A model generated the notes under the pieces. It made no database searches, had not been told where the DNA came from, and was given only the letters and a program-made list of their open reading frames with translations. Positions 62,001 through 64,000 of a stretch of DNA of 64,000 bases are shown in pieces. The DNA lies in NCBI GenBank assembly GCA_963422375.2, contig OY729428.2, forward strand, positions 2,368,001 to 2,432,000, given 5' to 3'. A program made the translations under genes and the position numbers. Position 1 is the first letter of the stretch, and each line of letters starts with the position of its first letter. The DNA is from Bryobacterales bacterium (GTDB taxonomy: Bacteria; Acidobacteriota; Terriglobia; Bryobacterales; UBA6623).

Positions 62001-64000
62001 CCTTCCGCGAGCCCCCGCTCGCGCCGGTCGCCCGCCTCTTCCGGCGCCTCCCCTTGTAGAACTCCTCGAGTTCTCGCGCGGCGCCTTCGATGTCCTCGGC
62101 GCTCATGACGTAGAGCTGCTCCAGCAGCTCCCTGCTCATGTCGCCGAAGTCCGCGAGCATCCGCTCCCGCCAGCCCTTGAATCCGTCGTCCTCGATGCGG
62201 GCCATGCCCGCGACCGCGCCCAGCCCGTCGATCCTGTCCGTGTCGTCCGCCAGCACGGCCTTGGCGAACGCGGCGTCGTCGGAATCGTCGCCCGGCCTGA
62301 CCTTGCCGCCCTTCGGCTTGCCCGGCGTCCGCGGGCCTCCCGCGGTCTCGCCTTCCTCGCTCTCGGCCTGCTTGCCCGGCGTCCGCGGGCCTCCCGCGGT
62401 CTCGCCTTCCTCGCTCTCGGCCTGCTTGCCCGGCGTCCGCGGGCCTCCCGCGGTCCCGCCTTCCTCGCCCGCGGCCCGCTTGCCGCGGCCGCCGCGCTTG
62501 CCGCCGGTCCCGGCATCGCCCTCCCCGGCGTCCTCGGGGGCCCCGAGCTTCTTCGCGGCGGATTCGACCCAGCCCGTGGCGTCGTCCAGGGACTCCTTGC
62601 CGATGTCGGCGAGGATCTGGTCGAGGGCTTTCCCCCTGTCGCGTCCGAACGCCTCGTAGTGGAACTCGGCCAGTTCCTGCCCGTCGGCGGCCCGCTCCAT
62701 CTCGCTGGCCGCGGCGTCCTGGAGGCGGCCCGCGGCCTGCGCGGCGGCCTCGCGCCCGACCCCCTCGTTCTTCGCGCCGTGACCGTCGGGCCAGACGACC
62801 TGGATCGCGGCGGTTCCGTCGCCGCCCTCCGCCCCGGCCGCCTCGGGCGTGGCCGGCGGCGGCACGGGGCCCCCCGGCGGCACGGGGCCCCCCGGCGGTA
62901 CGGGGACTCCCGGCGGTACGGGGGAGCCCGGCGGCACGGGGCCCCCCGGCGGCACGGGGACTCCCGGCGGTACGGGGGAGCCCGGCGGCACGGGGCCCCC
63001 CGGCGGCACGGGGACTCCCGGCGGTACGGGGGAGCCCGGCGGCACGGGGCCCCCCGGCGGCACGGGGACTCCCGGCGGTACGGGGGAGCCCGGCGGCACG
63101 GGGCCCCCCGGCGGCACGGGGACTCCCGGCGGTACGGGGGAGCCCGGCGGCACGGGGCCCCCCGGCGGCACGGGGACTCCCGGCGGTACGGGGGAGCCCG
63201 GCGGCACGGGGCCCCCCGGCGGCACGGGGACTCCCGGCGGTACGGGGGAGCCCGGCGGCACGGGGCCCCCCGGCGGTACGGGGACTCCCGGCGGCGTATC
63301 CGCCGGCGGGGTTCCGGACGCGCCCGGATCGGCAACGGTTCCGGCATCGGCGCCCGTCCCGGTCCCCGCGCCCGCTTCCCGCTCGGACTCCTTCTTGCTC
63401 CGGTCCAGCGCTTTCAACCGGGTGCGGAGGATCTTGAGCAGCGACCTCAGCCGCTGCGTGGAGAGCGCGCTTTCCGCGATGGGGTCCGCGGGACCCAGGC
63501 CGACCGCTTCCTTGGCGCCGGCGATCATGCCCTCGGCCGCGCTCTTGCCGTGGACCCTCTCGGCGTATTCGCGCAGGCTGAAGAATTCGGCCGATACCTC
63601 GGCCCGGGTCAGCTCCTCGGCCTCCCGTTCCTTCGCGTCCCGCTCGGCGGCCTTCAGGCTCTCGCCCTGCAGCTGCCGGAGGAATCGCTGCCGCTTCTCC
63701 GCGGGCAGGTCGTCCGGGCTGTCGATGCCCTTGTAGCCCGCGAGAATTTCCGCGACCAGGGTGCCTTCGGGGTCCGCCGTCCGGACCTCGCCCAGGAATG
63801 CTTCCAGCGCGGGATCGGCGATCTTCTCCGCCCGGGCGCCCTGCAGCGGCAGGTCCATCTCGAACGGATCGTCCGGGCTGTCCTCCCGAACCAGCTTCAC
63901 GAAGGCCGGGATGACCGAGCCGTCCTCCTCGGTGACGCTCGCGCCGGCCCCGGCCACCCTGGCCTTGACCTTCTCGCCCGCGTCGTCGTCGATCCGAATC
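50014..64000 (-). CDS. Giant polyvalent DarB-like protein (>4650 aa, start outside the window): HExxH/LPD1-like region, N6-MTase-like domain, SNF2-type helicase, second HExxH, helical C-terminus
   Basis: Frame open to 64000; [82 protein letters not shown]. Confidence 0.85.
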   Translation of the reverse strand, partial: IRIDDDAGEKVKARVAGAGASVTEEDGSVIPAFVKLVREDSPDDPFEMDLPLQGARAEKIADPALEAFLGEVRTADPEGTLVAEILAGYKGIDSPDDLPAEKRQRFLRQLQGESLKAAERDAKEREAEELTRAEVSAEFFSLREYAERVHGKSAAEGMIAGAKEAVGLGPADPIAESALSTQRLRSLLKILRTRLKALDRSKKESEREAGAGTGTGADAGTVADPGASGTPPADTPPGVPVPPGGPVPPGSPVPPGVPVPPGGPVPPGSPVPPGVPVPPGGPVPPGSPVPPGVPVPPGGPVPPGSPVPPGVPVPPGGPVPPGSPVPPGVPVPPGGPVPPGSPVPPGVPVPPGGPVPPGSPVPPGVPVPPGGPVPPGGPVPPPATPEAAGAEGGDGTAAIQVVWPDGHGAKNEGVGREAAAQAAGRLQDAAASEMERAADGQELAEFHYEAFGRDRGKALDQILADIGKESLDDATGWVESAAKKLGAPEDAGEGDAGTGGKRGGRGKRAAGEEGGTAGGPRTPGKQAESEEGETAGGPRTPGKQAESEEGETAGGPRTPGKPKGGKVRPGDDSDDAAFAKAVLADDTDRIDGLGAVAGMARIEDDGFKGWRERMLADFGDMSRELLEQLYVMSAEDIEGAARELEEFYKGRRRKRRATGASGGSRKGSSGQAAGEAASTQEQRQQEDQQEDQEEDQDEGKGQIGEWDKTDKELEELAGMFSGLPGISTAGAAALGTGAFASWYLGGTAEGIELALAAPALDPKLLGKAVQLGRHVFSLGARKFQDFADRMIRIAGDNIRPYLQKTYESLRRAPQVISRGIDKAMDSTAAVARAAKRYARVKRSAGEEVIDYWRDSRKKARAQAAEIGEDLEKLLRMTQKAKLLDFGNPGGTEGRNHYLHLVYEAQPTFLKWLEERKNLFRARGRSSKRIIDELVREGRFSFEDLHGWAAEYSAAYGALAEAVKGADTVKQARDSLRAAVYVKLPGHFRMRDLFRKSWVRQNVELTELGEWFVDNIARGGTATAEPTGARGVYEIQRTNIVGMVEALSVRIEDTIPVGNPGSVRPTYKFDRDHPPDRAGMPEWREGGRDASLEELKSKFGFKGVTAGSESYMSDREVQDRANWIYDGFMDLAHLLGLDPVEIGLKGQLKISIAHTGRGGALPSAAFFEPKDFHINVTKVAGDGTLAHEWGHALDHFLRNNLNRPDSDALHRLMSETFRDRPSYRKAFNRILDRLNAYAEAKEREAEARERSSAQIYEHSRAVVLPELSKLLAAESLYGGSAERRAYATDYLEASQATGNASYWANDEELWARSFEAMVHDLLAGRKSLYLVDDYAIEPPEGVPTVYPRRAEREAFFANWQEFFRRLRIPEGSFELDRHGQYPLGRGWEAPPYARGRELARARDAMGIDPESWEAGMNLPSEDGRYWYRTGRAGRRARSVPQDYGWHWRDGGNAEFVGYAAPLLPETVRESGLEPTIFDNRGGFAPLENESGEGATGEQGAEDGDGPDGRWKETGLGEPKGDPAGDGEAPEGGGSAAGGDPDGDGGRDRDSGGGAAPGGGMETGERGTGARAGLARGQAGLALYRIGSEPGDWHPPGVADGLRAAARGNVRALEILFRLREERRAPSLREQRDLAAYAGWFPLRGVFGDRAARRYEWLVSARSRLLELVGAEDVERMKRLAGGSAQIDRTTGAFLWNVAQAAGFRGGRVLVPGAGVGHLAGLVPDSLLAGVRDGLFLVEPDPVAAAIAKRLYRQAAVYPQGLEKAALPAGWFDLAIGHLPAAGEAPKDPKYNRRHGARLSAYMLWKTVQLLRPGGVAVALVESGYMERQDARGSPRSILSEHADLVAAIRLPYTFLDRHAGGTPAADVLVLRRKVPGEADAGWGRWMNGAARAPDRWAVAEEYRDRFGDERLETRLNEIWVGGAGNSAALWLGGRALVPDGTGDDLAPAALPGPSPDGAPGTDPGLQGRMNDALTRLPDGGYETASAAEGEGRGRKWFATTPDDVPEYAYVDKGGVPHQKVGGKLREVEFASHLTAKAKEREKFVLLRLIALRDAARKLLYLQGQRGAGRDRIEQARKLLNRLYDTFREGWRVKKSARFRGYGPIQQAVRASVFFGTGGRAPFEADPEYRLVFDLEKWDTEEKEWVKTDIFFRDMVEPPAEPRTADGPEDALGWSLNIHGRVDLGYMSGLTGMSRDQTALALGGRAYRDPSTNDWVTADEYLSGNVREKLAAAEAAAEASAAYRRNVEALRKKVPADIAIDKIAYRLGSPWIPHGLIREFLADFANRSSGASNRFEARHFRIDHVPKVNSWRAYGAAPASEHALKGTALAARTYGAGTLTFQDIFNDMLNQSTSKIRREGESGKPVIDEASMARAEEIKERIQEEFERLVAAGDASARELERAYNDAFNAHVRRTFDGGFLNFPLISLPRRERYRPRKHQADAIWRVLQQRFAYLSHAVGTGKTLILVGAAVRAKQMGLARKPALAVPKKKVGDFAREFRQWFPAARALVLNVPQPVDYVRLAGWVEQIEGLEARIGAGGELSAQDSSRLERLRDSAAKAEARMARRKTAVARIAEFDWDAVILSHEHLEYVRTGPNARIATVRRELGQVQTEIATLPEGSGPAVGRQLREEARRLESRLLELGREATLPDDAMPFEETGIDMLLVDEADLYKNLEFDTRLDGIAGIQPEGAARSLELYNKLEQLRQTGGRAVLASGTPLSNSIAEMFTLARYVQPEMLRHLGISHFDAWAATFARVEAVTEYDATGRNVKERRRFKKFTNVPELVANYAQNNDSVTAEGIGLERPKLWKGKPQVVTIERNRYLDEYLAWLMKQLRHESAELPLTPLQVIDKGRKAVADMRWINPLTWPDSLREDHPDGDTGQTKVDRMADELEDIYRRTADWKGVQVIFMDRHAPQREHAAFEFHFAREVARKLSLRGIPEREIGSFLELDEGTRSGMLRSEELQRKAREGEVRVVLASSTRGGRGTNIQERIAALHHLDPTWTAADLEQRNGRGLRQGNLSGEYGWDLRIYYYGVKGTVDNLMWEKVLNKGHVLQRLAAGFVQDREIEDVGSSAVDFASESGLSEMQAALADNPDYIRRAELQAQAARMSVLKEAHDNERREAGIEADSRRERAERTDARAGDLRLQAAVLESVTHVSWRKRAHGTGEPGEGRATYELGKSAKAWKEAVGGIPEKLDRQAEEENARTGRYRDGMTLASMLNGNEQEVGTVYLSLVKGRETGFGQERRWKDAETAFVLEIGVEKYEHGRGSTPAAMISADIKRVARGIERSESEASSLRRSADDMESRIEGEFPGNERLEALRDELRQIEEKLGRDARREEGDAPEAALSDRPRDMRPYRRTVAPAKAEPVREALRDTLRRLVPRADLDARETLASGGTISLGEALDQPGFFGPPQGQFDPEGVSPGWAGVVRVALGGPDALRALRHEAVHALRHSGLFAEEEWGALVAAGEDGRWLARYDIAGRYPELLDDSGGWTESAYEEAVAEAYAEWAADYSKPGFAAAARRLFIRLRRFLRRLGQALGAAGVKPEDVYVDIETGEVGRREFGSGERSGGGVRESRAAGEAFRFEDEAEERAWQEGRKGVRGDRPGLAERIRDGLKEQAQMFVRTYRDLPRSAGYADAHEWLRALEAAPSLAATDLSRHLRKLAGGLDGSEADLLARGVFMEDLAEDVLRGRAVPIFDSEESFRAERRRVRAELAKRPDLQLRIRRRRAYVRSVAQKLVAAGLISPESLARQNYVTHQVLEYARAASHPVAKKVARPRWARRMGTKLLINTDLLEAEAHWLAKALVDIKMADTIEKIAGRYDYSGEVRKGADDLNRRLLDGMIAEEWRERMPFAASGYDDAMAYLRGIEDRRERAERRSEASELRVFGGLYAANTAVAKQFGFLARAIEAAYERSDPWISKLPRGLDEAVDALAVAARKVTNETTGREDAPQADHPRLWEAAAWLAHNAGEVGREAAGLFKALGDKRSRVRDVLGEAYANPRDLQQALERLRRNEVPGFERMTAWQPDPGRVLFTALTVPQHIAERLRERLGEALRAPGAQGPQVGAAEIQLLTDNIREGLMLGGPRRQLALPAELAATLDSFGDKSEGAWVFEWARAIVRWWKRWVLTNPFSVLKYNMNNVSGDLDGVIAGFPGPAALWRGRSRELARRAARESWDVTVLGKTPSADYREAAERGLFDAGWSMAEVYDVRNEVDRELSRGAWNGVKKAWSYLPKATAARENILRYAVYLAVRDSIAEQRAAGTDSKALMPTVGYGAGNPAVAEHIGDDRDRAAYIARETVGDYGAISVYGQQLRSMLVPFWSWQEINFKRYWRLFGNAYKAGRGYGAKERMRNLGVSVGTRAALWAGSRAFLFWAGVQIFNRLFWDDEEEELREEDQRRLHLIVGKTADGQVVMARTPGALSDFLNVFGLDDVRVALDHVDKGRGSFGDVLAAISKAPVERLINGVVPVVKLPLELAAGRSLFPAPLSPRVIRDKGRHLAQAFRLEHVYDLTLGRPTRGFGNTAASLAADMRDLGESSYARVRSLAYRWLKEEKGQAYAGGFQSDRAAAYYYHRLAVRYKDRDAARFWFERLKELRVQREEYADMLKRAHPLGMLGVTDRRRFLATLQPDERRGLARAVKWWGETYGKGRAEMLRE
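62318..62468. repeat. About 54-bp tandem repeat x2.7 ([18 protein letters not shown])
   Basis: Repeated CTTGCCCGGCGTCCGCGGGCCTCCCGCGGTC. Confidence 0.85.
62856..63295. repeat. Higher-order 54-bp repeat x8 (three 18-bp monomers) encoding [18 protein letters not shown]
   Basis: Directly visible in both DNA and translation. Confidence 0.93.

Larger units (their letters stand above)
37602..64000. mobile_element. Prophage (podovirus-like, N4-gp56-type capsid); continues beyond the window
   Basis: tRNA att fragment, integrase, Cro/CI, tail, capsid, scaffold and giant protein genes; visibly more GC-rich than the host genes. Confidence 0.92.

Noticed and set aside
62856..63295. CRISPR-like array
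   Set aside because: Tandem in-frame coding repeat without unique spacers; no cas genes in the window.

Overview
High-GC bacterial chromosome segment, probably Acidobacteriota. This is an inference from the ADOP-type permease, the M48 peptidase style and the many Tat/Sec-exported hydrolases. Bases 1-15000 hold metabolic and envelope genes: an M49-like peptidase, a GT-C membrane protein, an MBL hydrolase, tag, an enoyl-CoA hydratase, a TPR protein, an amidohydrolase and an Fe-S gene pair. They also hold an in-frame Phd-VapC fusion and an XRE/S24 regulator. Bases 15700-28200 are a nested mosaic. The N- and C-terminal parts of an ABC permease flank decayed IS1595, ISAzo13, IS1182/IS5-like and IS30 elements and several truncated genes. 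They also flank an M48 peptidase gene that was broken twice, once by ISAzo13 and once by a cassette carrying an intact MmeI-like restriction-modification gene. Bases 28400-37500 carry a Tat-exported alpha-hydroxy acid oxidase, beta-propeller and tetraheme cytochrome c operon, a second IS1595, a small secreted YD-like repeat protein, a TRAP transporter and an HpcH aldolase. From 37602 to the window end lies a prophage integrated at the anticodon loop of tRNA-Pro(CGG). It has an integrase, a Cro/CI switch whose CI lacks both S24 catalytic residues, podovirus-type tail genes, an Ig-repeat protein, an N4-gp56-type capsid and a scaffold. It also has a polyvalent DarB-like protein of more than 4600 aa with two HExxH motifs, an LPD1-like region, an apparently dead N6-methyltransferase and an intact SNF2-type helicase. 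All calls come from motif reading; no database searches were run.
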